Assembly: GCF_902713615.1 (NCBI RefSeq)
Contig: NW_024055744.1
Coordinates: forward strand, 532,593-596,592
DNA length: 64,000 nt
Origin: Scyliorhinus canicula
Lineage: Eukaryota
Reading direction: 5' to 3'
The notes beneath the pieces are model-generated. The model made no database searches, was not told the DNA's origin, and worked only from the letters and a program-made list of their open reading frames with translations. A program made the position numbers and the translations under genes. Every line of letters begins with the position of its first letter. Position 1 is the first letter of the stretch. Positions 1 to 12,259 of the stretch are shown piece after piece.

Positions 1-2050
1 AGCCATAATCTGTAACCTCTCAGGACCAGCCATAACCCCCACTCTACCATTATCACCAAACTAGGGGATCAATCCTGGTTCAATGACGGGTGCAAAAGGA
101 AATGCCAGAAAAGTGAGATGTCAACCAGATGAAGCTACAGCACGGGACTATTTGCATGCCAAACGACATAAACAGCAAGTGGTGGGAAGTGCTAAGCAAT
201 CCCAAAGCCAACGGAACAGATCTAAGCTTCACAGTACTGCCACATGCAGCCGTGAATGGTGGTGGACAACTAAACAACTCACTGCTGGAGAAGGCTCCAC
301 AAACATCGCCATCCTCAATGGTGAAAGAACCCAGCACATTTGTGAAAAAGACAATAATCTTCAACCAGAAGTGCTGATTGGATGATCCATCTCGATCTCC
401 TGCAAAGGTCCAAGCATCCCAGATGTCAGTATTCAGCCAATAGGATTCACTCCACGTGTTGCAAGAGCAGGCTGACACCACTGATGGTGCAACGGCTATG
501 GGCCCTAACAATATTCCGGCAAAGTACTGAAGACTTCTAATCGAGAACTTGCCACACGCCTGACCAAGCTGTTACGGTGCAGCTGCAATACTGGCATCTC
601 CCTGGCAATGTGGAAAATTGTCGAATATGCTCCCTTTCACAAAAAAGAAGGACAGATCCTACATAACAAATCACCGCCCAATGAGTCCACTTTCAATTAA
701 CAGTAACGTGTTATAAGGGATCTTCAAATCTTCTATAAAGCGGCACATATTTAGCAATAGCGTGCTCACTGACACCAGTTTGGGTTCGGCCAGGGCCACT
801 CAACTCTAGACCTCCTTACAGCCTTGCTTTAAACATGGAAAAACGAGAACTTCAGACGTGAGGTGAGAGTGACTGCCCTTGACACCAGAGCAGCATGTGA
901 TCGGGTATGGCGTCATGGAGCCCAAGCCAAACTGAAGTCCATGGTGGAGGGGGGGGGGGGGGGGGAGGGGGAGACATCCACTGGTCGGAGTAATACCTAG
1001 CACAAAGGAAGATTATTGATGGTTGTGTTTGTTGGAGGTCAGTCATCTCAGCTCCAGGGCATCACTGCAGGAGTAACTCAGGGTTGTGTCCAAGGCCCAA
1101 ATATCTTCAGATGCTTCATCAGTGACCTTCCGTCCAACATACGATCAGATGTGGGGATATTCGCTGATGATTGGACAATCATTCCTGAATCCTCAGACAC
1201 TGAAAAAGTGCGCGTGCAAAAGCAGCAAGACCCAGACATCCACGATAAGGCTAACACGTGGCAAGTAACATTCAAGCGCCACAAAATTTCCAGGCAATTA
1301 CCATTTCAAATAAGAGAGATTCAAATCGCTCCCCGTTGCGATTCAATAACATTGCCATCACTAAATCCCCACTAAATCAAAATCCTAGGCGTTACCATTG
1401 ACTGGAAACTGAACCGGACTAGCCATCTAAATACTGTGGCTACAGGAGCAGGTCAGAGGCTCCGAAACCTGGGGCGAGTAACTCACCTTCTGACTCCCCA
1501 AAGCCTGTCCAACATCTACTGAGCACAACTGAGGAGTGTGATAGAGTACTTCCACCTGCCTGGATTTGTGCAGCTCCAACAACACTCAAGACGTGCGCAA
1601 CACTATCCAGGGCAAAACAGCCGCTTGATTGGCAGGCCCTTTACAAACATTCACTCCTTCCACTACTGATGCACAGTAGCAGCAATGTGTACCAACTGCA
1701 AGATGCACTGCAGGAACTTACCAAGTCTCTTTTGGCAACACCTTCCAAACTCACGACCACTGCAATCTGGAAGGACAAGAGCAGCAGATATCTGGGAAGC
1801 CCCCCCCCCCCCTCCCACTTAGACGTTCCCCTCCAAGTCACCCACTATCCTGATTTGCAAATCTATTGCTGTTCCTTCACTGTCGCTGGGTCAAAGTCCT
1901 GGAACTCTCTCCCCAATACCACAGTGGGCGTGACTACATCGCATTGACTGCAGTGGTTAAATAAGGCAGCTCATTGCCACCTTGCCAAGGGCAATTAGGC
2001 AGGGGCAACAAATGCTCCCCTAGCCGGCGAATCCCACATTCCATAAAATA
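1..2050 (+). mobile_element. Decayed non-LTR retrotransposon (CR1/L2 group) ORF2 and 3' end
   Basis: ORF 1016..1375 has RT motifs (GVTQGCVQGPNIFRCFISDLP...GIFADD). Many stops and frameshifts. Homologous to 22120-25110. Confidence 0.75.
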
Positions 2051-2929
2051 TATTTTTTTACCTTTGGTTTGGAGTAACACACAGCCTCGGCAGGTATGGC
2101 AGGCAGATTTCCTCCCATAAAGTACATGAACGAACCAGGTAGATTTCCACCGACAGTTTCCGGGTGCCACTAATGACACTGGCTTTTCATATCAATTGAA
2201 TTTACATTTATCTAGCTGCCATGGCAGGATTTGCAACACTTTCCCCAAGCCATTAATATGGATCCCTGAATTACCTTTCCAGTGATATTATCACTACACC
2301 ACCACCACCCCATGGGGTGATGAATGAGAAGAGGGTGTTATTGATGCTTACTTTCCCGTCTATGTTGCGTTCGAAATAACTACAAACGGAAACTGTAACT
2401 ATTTATTCCTGAATAGTCCTTTGAAGAAGTCAGCAATGTCAAAATTAACTGCATATTGAAAACATGATATCCTGATGTGTTCTTGTGTTATGCCATCATT
2501 TAGGGCAGTACCCACAGTACATGTCTATATTATTTCAGGAATAATAAACAGGAAACTAGACTTCACTGACTTTCTTCCGCCTTTAATAAAACCAACACAG
2601 CAAAGTTTGGGCAGCTAATTCACCGATATGTACGGACAAATGTAAGAACAAAGAGTTCCAATCGAGCACTCTGCTTTCGAACCTGTCCTGACATTCAGTC
2701 AGACCAGAGCTGATCTGATGTTTGTCTTTAATGAAAATTGGTTATTGTCACGAGTAGGCTTCAATGAAATTACTGTGAAAAGCCCCTAGTCGCCACTTTA
2801 GGGCGCCTGTTCAGGGAAGCTGGTACGGGAATCGAACCGTGCTGCTTGCCTGCTTGGTCAGCTTTAAAAGCCAGCGATTTAGTCTGGTAAACGAGCCCCT
2901 CTACTCCACATTTCCGCCTGATCCCTATG

Positions 2930-3310
2930 ACACATTGACACCCATTGTAATTCAAAGACCTGTAGAACTCCGCCGTAAAATTATTCAATGACCCGGCCTC
3001 CAGTGTTCTCTGGGAAAGAGAATCCCAAAGTTTAATGTCCCTCTGAGAAAACAAATTCCTTCCATCTCCAGCATTATTGGGAGACTTCATATTGTAAGCT
3101 GCATCCCCTGGTTATAGATTCCCCGCAAAAGGGGAAACATCCTTCCAGCATCTATCCTGTCAAATCTCTCAGAATCTACTGTGTTTCACTATGATTAACT
3201 TTAATTCTTCAAACTCCAATATGTATAGGTCCCGCTGCTCAACCTGTCCTCATAAGACAAACTCCTTCATCCCAGGTATCAATCCGATGAACGGTCTCTG
3301 AATTTTGCTC
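2930..3310 (-). mobile_element. CR1-type LINE 3' fragment
   Basis: Minus ORF 2770..3090 (RNLFSQRDIKLWDSL...) resembles the CR1 ORF2 C-terminus. Confidence 0.55.
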
Positions 3311-3933
3311 AATACCAGCTTCATTTTCAGAATTTCCTCGCAGGTCGTGTTCATGAGGAATAAGTAGTGTCCAGTGATTGTATCAACCGAGGCAATATTG
3401 CAACCCAATCAGCGCTGCCTCTCTTACCTCCACCTGTTTAACATGTTGTAACTCGCACCAGGGTGATCACAATGTCTTCCATTAACATGTGAATCTTTTC
3501 ATTTGGTGTTGTTGGTTAACTGAGAGTGAGGGGAATCTCACTGGTGTCACAGGTATTAACGGTAGGACAGGAAAGCAGAACATTGACTGCTAATACACCC
3601 AATCTCTCATCAGTCCTTGCTCATATAAAAGCAAAATACTGTGGATGGGAGAAGTCTGAAATAAAAACACAATATGCTGGATAACCTCAGCAGGTATGGC
3701 AGCGAGGAGGAGAGAATCTTAATTAATATTTCGAGTCCATATGACTCTTCTGCAGAACAATCTTTGCTCATCGGTTACAATAACTAGATGAAGCTTTCAT
3801 CCACTCCCCGTTCCTAAAGCGGAACAATATGTCATATAAGGAACCGACTGGTTAACAGGTTGGTGAGCTTCCATTCAGTGACAGCCAGTTCAGCATCAAC
3901 CAATCACAGGGTGCCACTGGCGAAATACGGAAC

Positions 3934-3964
3934 TGACGTCTGAGCATTCTGAAATACGTCATCA
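3934..3964 (+). promoter_or_regulatory. CRE/ATF-like sites upstream of V1 leader
   Basis: TGACGTC(T) at 3934-3941 and TACGTCATCA at about 3955-3964, 75-105 nt before the ATG. CRE-like decamers are known TCR V promoter elements. Confidence 0.5.
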
Positions 3965-4038
3965 GATTGTTGAGGGTGGGGATGAGGACGGACGGTTTCA
4001 GATATCCGATTTCCCCTTTTACAGAGCGGTCAGAGGCA

Positions 4039-4497
4039 ATGCGGCTCCTCAGCATCTGGGTTGTGTGGGGAGTATTTCTGACAGGTATTTGTGGACACAC
4101 CATATTTTCTTTCATTTCTAAAACATGGGTCGGATCTGAATTTTGAGCACATGTCCGTCTGATCTTTAATTGTTTGAACATGTTTTGCAGATCAGAGTCA
4201 TGGAGATTCTGTCACTCAGCCGCTGTCCTCAGATGTTCAGACAGAAGGAAAAGCGGTGACTTTGAACTGTACCTATGATACTGCAGAAAACAGCTATTAT
4301 TTATTCTGGTACCGCCAACACCCAGACTCACAGCTCGAGTTTTTACTCAGGAAGCACTCGGGGGCTTATGAAGATAAAGCAGACTTTGCTAAAGTCCGTT
4401 TCTCAACTGACCTCCAGACATCGAAGAAATTCCTCAGTTTGACTATCGCGGATCTGCAGCTGAGTGATGCTGCCGTGTATTACTGCGCTTTCAGCCT
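4039..4497 (+). CDS. TCR alpha/delta-type V segment V1, apparently intact
   Basis: Leader 4039-4084 (MRLLSIWVVWGVFLT), phase-1 GT..AG intron 4085-4190, V exon 4191-4497: DQSHGDSVTQ...TLNCTYDTAENSYYLFWYRQ...LQLSDAAVYYCAFS. Conserved Cys, Trp and Cys; open frame. Confidence 0.93.
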
Positions 4498-4536
4498 CAC
4501 AGTGATGCAAAGCAGCCTCACCCCTGTACAAAAACT
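4498..4536 (+). other. 23-RSS of V1
   Basis: CACAGTG 4498-4504, 23-nt spacer, ACAAAAACT 4528-4536. Confidence 0.95.
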
Positions 4537-4879
4537 GTTTTTACATTGTAAGTGAGAGCTCCTCTTCGTGTGTAGAATCTAGAGCAGACACAGTCACACT
4601 TATCACCGGCGCTGTCAGGCGCTCAAACTCAAATCGATGGCAGAACCCACATTAACCTCGAATCAAACTGTCACAAACATGTTTCCAGCAGCGACCGACA
4701 AAACAAACTACAGAATAGAATTAGGCGGAGAGATCCGTCACAGAATCAATGAGACAGTTGAACTGTTCTACCTACTGATCAACTCAGACTTCTTTTAAAA
4801 TCAGGGCTGTATTTTACGATTTTCCCGAGAAAGTGGTTGTTCACACGGAATATCCCTCAAATGTGGGCCACAAGCGTCA

Positions 4880-7800
4880 GACATATAACAAAAGGACGTT
4901 AACCATGTTTGTGCGACGTACAGTCTGCCATCTTTGTGTGACGAACAGTCTAACACGTTTCTGTGATGTACATTCTGCCATGTTTGTGTAATATACAGTC
5001 TGCCATGTTTGTGTGATGTACAGTCTGCCATGTTTGTGTGATGTACAGTCTGCCTTGTTTGTGTGATGTACAGTCTGCCACATTTGTGTGATGTACAGTC
5101 TGCCACATTTGTGTGATGTACAGTCTGACATGTTTGTGTGATGTACAGTCTGCCATGTTTGTGTGATGTACAGTCTGCCATGTTTGTGTGATGTACAGTC
5201 TGCCATGTTTGTGTGATGTACTGTCTGCCATGTTTGTGTAATATACAGTCTGCCATGTTTGTGTGATGTACAGTCTGCCATGTTTGTGTGATGTACAGTC
5301 TGCCTTGTTTGTGTGATGTACAGTCTGCCACATTTGTGTGATGTACAGTCTGCCACATTTGTGTGATGTACAGTCTGACATGTTTGTGTGATGTACAGTC
5401 TGCCATGTTTGTGTGATGTACAGTCTGCCACATTTGTGTGATGTACAGTCTAACATGTTTGTGTGATGTACAGTCTGCCACGTTTGTGTGATGTACGGTC
5501 TGCCATGTTTGTGTGATGTACAGTCTGCCATGTTTGTGTGATATACAGTCTGCCACGTTTGTGTGACATACAGTCTGCCACGTTTGTGTGATATACAGTC
5601 TGCCATGTTTGTGTGATGTACAGTCTGCTATGTTTGTGTGATGTACAGTCTGCCACGTTTGTGTGATATACAGTCTGCCACGTTTGTGTGATGTACAGTC
5701 TGCCATGTTTGTGTGATGTACAGTCTAACACGTTTCTGCGATGCACAGTCTGGCATGTTTGTGTGATGTACAGTCCGCCATGTTTGCGTGATGTACAGTA
5801 TGCCAGGTTTGTGTGATGTGGAGTCAGCCATGTTTGTGTGATGTACAGTCTATCATGTTTGTGTGATATACTGTCTGCCATGTTTGTGTGATGTACAGTC
5901 TACCATGTTTGTATGATATACTGTCTGCCATGCTTGTGTGATGTAGTCTGCCATGTTTGTGTGATGTACAGTCTGCCATGTTTGTGTGATGTAGTCTGCC
6001 ATGTTTGTGTGATGTACAGTCTGCCACATTTGTGTGATGTACAGTCTGCCACATTTGTGTGATGTACAGTCTGACATGTTTGTGTGATGTACAGTCTGCC
6101 ATGTTTGTGTGATGTACAGTCTGCCATGTTTGTGTGATGTACAGTCTGCCATGTTTGTGTGATGTACTGTCTGCCATGTTTGTGTAATATACAGTCTGCC
6201 ATGTTTGTGTGATGTACAGTCTGCCATGTTTGTGTGATGTACAGTCTGCCTTGTTTGTGTGATGTACAGTCTGCCACATTTGTGTGATGTACAGTCTGCC
6301 ACATTTGTGTGATGTACAGTCTGACATGTTTGTGTGATGTACAGTCTGCCATGTTTGTGTGATGTACAGTCTGCCACATTTGTGTGATGTACAGTCTGAC
6401 ATGTTTGTGTGATGTACAGTCTGCCACGTTTGTGTGATGTACGGTCTGCCATGTTTGTGTGATGTACAGTCTGCCATGTTTGTGTGATATACAGTCTGCC
6501 ACGTTTGTGTGATATACAGTCTGCCACGTTTGTGTGATATACAGTCTGCCATGTTTGTGTGATGTACAGTCTGCCATGTTTGCGTGATGTACAGTCTGCC
6601 ACGTTTGTGTGATATACAGTCTGCCACGTTTGTGTGATGTACAGTCTGCCATGTTTGTGTGATGTACAGTCTAACACGTTTCTGCGATGCACAGTCTGGC
6701 ATGTTTGTGTGATGTACAGTCCGCCATGTTTGCGTGATGTACAGTATGCCAGGTTTGTGTGATGTGGAGTCAGCCATGTTTGTGTGATGTACAGTCTATC
6801 ATGTTTGTGTGATATACTGTCTGCCATGTTTGTGTGATGTACAGTCTACCATGTTTGTATGATATACTGTCTGCCATGCTTGTGTGATGTAGTCTGCCAT
6901 GTTTATGTGATGTACAGTCTGCCATGTTTGTGTGATGTAGTCTGCCATGTTTGTGTGATGTACAGTCTGCCACATTTGTGTGATGTACAGTCTGCCACAT
7001 TTGTGTGATGTACAGTCTGACATGTTTGTGTGATGTACAGTCTGCCATGTTTGTGTGATGTACAGTCTGCCATGTTTGTGTGATGTACAGTCTGCCATGT
7101 TTGTGTGATGTACTGTCTGCCATGTTTGTGTAATATACAGTCTGCCATGTTTGTGTGATGTACAGTCTGCCATGTTTGTGTGATGTACAGTCTGCCTTGT
7201 TTGTGTGATGTACAGTCTGCCACATTTGTGTGATGTACAGTCTGCCACATTTGTGTGATGTACAGTCTGACATGTTTGTGTGATGTACAGTCTGCCATGT
7301 TTGTGTGATGTACAGTCTGCCACATTTGTGTGATGTACAGTCTGACATGTTTGTGTGATGTACAGTCTGCCACGTTTGTGTGATGTACGGTCTGCCATGT
7401 TTGTGTGATGTACAGTCTGCCATGTTTGTGTGATATACAGTCTGCCACGTTTGTGTGATATACAGTCTGCCACGTTTGTGTGATATACAGTCTGCCATGT
7501 TTGTGTGATGTACAGTCTGCCATGTTTGCGTGATGTACAGTCTGCCACGTTTGTGTGATATACAGTATGCCAGGTTTGTGTGATGTGGAGTCAGCCATGT
7601 TTGTGTGATGTACAGTCTATCATGTTTGTGTGATATACTGTCTGCCATGTTTGTGTGATGTACAGTCTACCATGTTTGTATGATATACTGTCTGCCATGT
7701 TTGTGTGATGTAGTCTGCCATGTTTGTGTGATGTACAGTCTGCCATGTTTGTGTGATGTAGTCTGCCATGTTTGTGTGATGTACAGTCAGCCAGGTTTAT

Positions 7801-7960
7801 GTGATGTACAGCCTCCCAGTTTTGTGTGATGTACAGTCAGCCAGGTTTGTGTGATATACAGACTGCCTTGTTTGTGTGATGTACAGTCTTCCATGTTTCT
7901 GTGATGTACAGTCTGCCATGTGTGTGCGACGTGCAGTCGGCCATACTTGATAGACATACA
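4880..7960. repeat. 25-bp minisatellite with higher-order structure
   Basis: Consensus CATGTTTGTGTGATGTACAGTCTGC, roughly 120 copies. Variant marker GGAGTCAGCC at 5820, 6766 and 7587. Confidence 0.97.
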
Positions 7961-9399
7961 ATTCGCCATGTTTGGGTGACGCATAGTTGGCCGTGTTCGG
8001 TAATGTTCTCTTGTTTTCAATTGCCCTTTCCTGTTCTCCGAGCCTGGCTGTAATATTGATCTTCCTTCCCAGCTGCCTCCCCCCCCCCCCCCCACCCCCA
8101 CCCCATCTGTATTAGTTTCAGGGAACCTTTGAGGGCGGAATGTTTGGAGAGTTTATTTGATCAGTGGTCATGGGTTGGAGACAGTTACACACCGTTAATA
8201 CATTTCACGAGTTAGTGACTATGAGTTTTCAAACAAGTACCAAGCACAGAGCGGGCTTTTCCCGTTTCCCTTCTTATTTACTCCTCGAACCACGATTTCC
8301 CATCATACCCGCCTTTTATCGTCTTTCTCGTTACTCAGTTGGGACTCGACGCCATGTTCTGCCTTGTTCCAGTTAACCTGATGAATATTTCAGACCTGCT
8401 TACGGGGAGGCGGTGGCGTCGTGGTATTGTCAATGAACAGAGACCCAAAATAGTCACCTGCCTACTTGTAAACCCAGATTCTAATCCCGCCACTGCAGAT
8501 GTGTTCTATGAGAATCTATGCAGAATAGATCTATTCTATGGTGAAATTTGAATTCAATAGAAATGGTGTTATCTAATGATGGTCATGAAATGTCCGGTTT
8601 CAGACAAACATTAATCGACGGGTTTCATTTTATATTTGGGAATGGGGCCCATATTCACCCCCGATAAGGCCCCGAGGTTGCTACGATGGCGGAAAAATAT
8701 CACATCTAACTGACAATATTACAATATGAATTTAAATGAAAATGTTCAGTGTACTTCTGTCACCGTCAGTAATCAGACTGAGGGAGTTGACAGGAAGGTG
8801 CCTTTGCGAACATTCTGCGAGGAACCTAAATGGGAAGATCCCTTCTCGTCACTTTAGAAATTTCTGAATTTCCTCTGTTCTCTGTTGGCGAGAATGCAGA
8901 AGTTACGCAATGATTTGAAAAAATGTCGTCTCATTACAGCCGTAAATCGCAAGTTATTTATTTTGTGTATGCTTTCCCGGCCAGGAAGAACATTAGATAA
9001 CCCGCAATTCTTCGAAGTTCTGGAAAACCAAATCTAGTCCACTCAATCCCTCCTCATAGAAAAATTGTTTCATGCAAGGAAAACATCCAGTGAACCATTG
9101 TTGCGCTCGTTGGACGCCAAGTAAGACTACATTACCTCAGGAGGATAAAACTGCATACACAACTCAGATATTAGCTCACCGATTCTCTGCCTAATTTGAA
9201 TAACACGTCTTTATCTTATCCATTAATGCATTCGTTATTAAAACTAATTGACAATTTGCCTTCCCAATTATTTCGTCTCTCTGCCTGTTAACTTGCTGTG
9301 ATTCAATAATAAGGTTACACAGGTCCAACTGAATGAAAATGTTTTCCCTTCTCCCATCATTCAAGACCTAATGCTGTCATGAGTTTTCCTTCCATGGTC

Positions 9400-10350
9400 A
9401 ATAACGCCACACTTTGTTACACGGCATTCAATCTGCCTGTTCATTCAAACCTATATATTGCTCAAAATCCCATTCGTCCTTGTCATTTGCACCGAACATT
9501 TTCCAAAGCGGCAAAGAAAAAAACTGGAGAATCCACACATTGACAGATCAATAATCGAAAGGTTGAACTGCTGAACGATCTTGCTGCTGTTCAGCAGTTT
9601 ATCCTTGCATTTTTCGAGTAGTCATTTACATTATCCCTGAGAAAAATGTTGTTGACACATAGAGGTCACTCAGCCATATGTTTCAATCCCAGTTGATGTC
9701 ATACCTCGAAGGGACGAGTCTAGATTTGGATCCAAATGAATTGAGTCTTGAAATTATTCTAAAAGAATCACCTCTCTCAGGGCTTCATATATTTTCTCTG
9801 TCTTTAACACCCGTATCCAATGATCAAATGTATTTTGCTTCACCCTCTCGAATTGCAGATGGGTTTGTCCTGTTTCTTGCTTTTCGAAATTTCTGCCGAT
9901 CTCCCTCAGGAACCAACACATATGCACTAAAGGATAGCTTTATTTACTACATCACAATCTACAGATACCTCTTCTGACAATGATGCATACGGCTCACTGG
10001 GTTGACCTAACAATCTACTTTGTAAATGTAATGTCCACATTTCGTTTGGCCATTTCATCTGTTCGGGTACCTTTTCAAATGAAATACTGAAAGCGTCCAC
10101 ATCCTTTTCCTCAAATAGTGCAAGAGCGTGTTTAAATGTAAGCATTTTCCCACAAAGTTCAGGTCTACAATTAATACCTTCCTCAGCCTCTAGTGTCTCT
10201 TCCTTCCCTTCCTACACTTCAAATTGAAAATGTCTCCCTTCCTTGGGGCAAAATAGCACTTAACCTGTTTTGGAAATCTGCAGAGTTACGTGTGACCCAC
10301 GACCGATATCAATATTCAGTAAAATTCGAAATTCCCCCAGTATATTCGAT
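9400..10350 (-). mobile_element. Decayed Gypsy (Gmr1-like) LTR-retrotransposon gag fragment
   Basis: ORF 9927..10145 (FEEKDVDAFSISFEKVPEQMKWPNEMWTLHLQSRLLG...) resembles fish/shark Gypsy gag. No LTR or PBS recognised. Confidence 0.6.
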
Positions 10351-11214
10351 GTACAAGAACAGATCTGAGTTCCTGTAGGTTGTCGAGAAATGACAGTCAA
10401 TGGTTATCCTCTGTCCATCACAAACCGTTAATTCAGGTTAATTCTGGGATACAGAACTCCCCTGTTTCTTGCCCCCTCCTCCAGCCCCGTTCCTGTAACA
10501 CAAGCGCAGAATCGTTCAGTGTATTGAATGGAGAGAGTAGATACAAGATCTAGATGGCACACTAACTGTTTCAACATAGACTCACTACACAGCAAGACCA
10601 ATAGTACCAATAAGGGACATGGGGAGTATGTTGTGTCTGGTTGACAGTTCGGCAGAAAATAATAGAATACTCTAAATATGCTGATCGTTCTCGTATGAAA
10701 TTAAAATGTAGCTCGCATCAGGATCAGGCTTCACTTCACTTATTGAGAAACTGGGGGACCTTCCTCAGGGACAGCGTTGGCTGATTTGTTGTTGCTGTCG
10801 ACATTTTGGTACCAATCAGTGAGAGCTCTAAACAATTACTTTTTGGATTTTCCTCTTTTTCTCTTTGCCTTTGTCAGCATGTCTCACTCCGTATACTATT
10901 TATCTAATTATCCGAATAAATACACTTGTGAATAATAATCGAACTTTTGGTACAACAGACAGGGTAATTTGAAAATGCAGTGGTTTCCCCGGTGCACCGG
11001 CAGATTGTCTTTCCAATGCCTCCTGCAGCAACCAATGAACTTTGACACAGATTTCAACATAAATTGCCAAAGCTAAATAATTTCCACTTAAGGTTCATGA
11101 TTAGTATTGTGTCATTCGCCTATATTTTTATCACTTAAATCCCAATGAGCTTAATTCGCGCAAATTTGGTATTTTGAATTTAATACATTTATTGAAGAAT
11201 TAGAATTTGGATTG

Positions 11215-11435
11215 GCAGGCGGCATGGTGGTGCAATGGTTGGCACTGATGCCTTCGCCGCTCAGGACCCGGATTCGATCCCGGCCCCAGGTCACTGTTTG
11301 TGTGGAGTTGCACATTCTCCCCGTGTCTGCCTGGATTTCATCTCACAGCTCAAAGATGTGCAGGTTAGGCGGAGAGGCCACGCTAAATTGCCCCTTAATT
11401 GGAAAAAATAATTGGGTATTCTGAATTTATTTTTA
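11215..11435 (+). mobile_element. tRNA-derived SINE (HE1-like)
   Basis: A/B-box-like head, shared core (ctccccgtgtctgc..ctcaaagatgtgcaggttagg), A/T-rich tail. Confidence 0.75.
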
Positions 11436-11916
11436 AAATTTCGGAAATTGGCTCAGATGGTGTGAACGACCACCTGTTTTGACTGCCTTGGTATAAACAG
11501 CACAGAGTGCTAAAATTTAGTCTATTCAACGACACAGTTCGCGCTTAATTCTGTATTGTGTTCGGTGGCCCAGGGAAATCGGACTGAAACACTGCTCATC
11601 CTCGGTTTTATCCCCACCATTTGCCTCTGCACAGAACACTAAGTAACAGAGGGTACAATAATTTCCTGTACCCATTGCAAAGACATAGAACATAGAACAC
11701 AGAAAAATACAGCACAGAACAGGCCCTTCGGCCCACAATGTTGTGCCAAACTTTTGTTCCTAGATTATGAACAAATTAATCTACACTCCATCATTCAGCA
11801 TGATTTCTTTGCAGCGCAGCGCAGACGGCGGGATTCATTCACATTGGGGTTGCTTTGAGAAGCTGAGCTCACACTGCAGGGAACCAATGCGTTCCCTAGA
11901 AAACCAAGACATTTTA

Positions 11917-12250
11917 GGGGCAGCAGGGTAGCATGGTGGTTAGCATAAATGTTTCACAGCTCCAGAGTCCCAGGTTCGATTCCCGGCTGGGTCACTGTCT
12001 GTGTGGAGTCTGCACGTCCTCCCCCTGTGTGCGTGGGTTTCCTCTGGGTGCTACGGTTTCCTCCCACAGTCCAAAGATGTGCGGGTTAGGTGGATTGGCC
12101 ACCTAATTGCCCGTAGTGTCCTAATAAAAGTAAGGTTAAGGTGTGGGTTGTTGGGTTACGGGTATAGGGTGGATACGTGGGTTGAGTAGGGTGATCATGG
12201 CTCGGCACAACATTGAGGGCCGAAGGGCCTGTTCTGTGCTCTATATTCTA
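11917..12250 (+). mobile_element. tRNA-derived SINE (HE1-like) with LINE-type tail
   Basis: Head ggggcagcagggtagcatggtggttagc...ggttcgattcc, conserved core, tail ggccgaagggcctgttctgtgct. Confidence 0.85.
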
Positions 12251-12259
12251 CCGTAATTC

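Noticed and set aside
4801-7648. Long overlapping minus-strand ORFs (up to 324 aa, His/Thr/Cys-rich)
   Set aside because: An artefact of the stop-free 25-bp repeat: all three frames give the same 25-aa cycle.
4880-7960. Minisatellite as an array of cryptic RSSs (the minus strand has CAC.. and ACACAAACA)
   Set aside because: With a 25-nt period, no CAC start has a nonamer-like word at 12- or 23-nt spacing.
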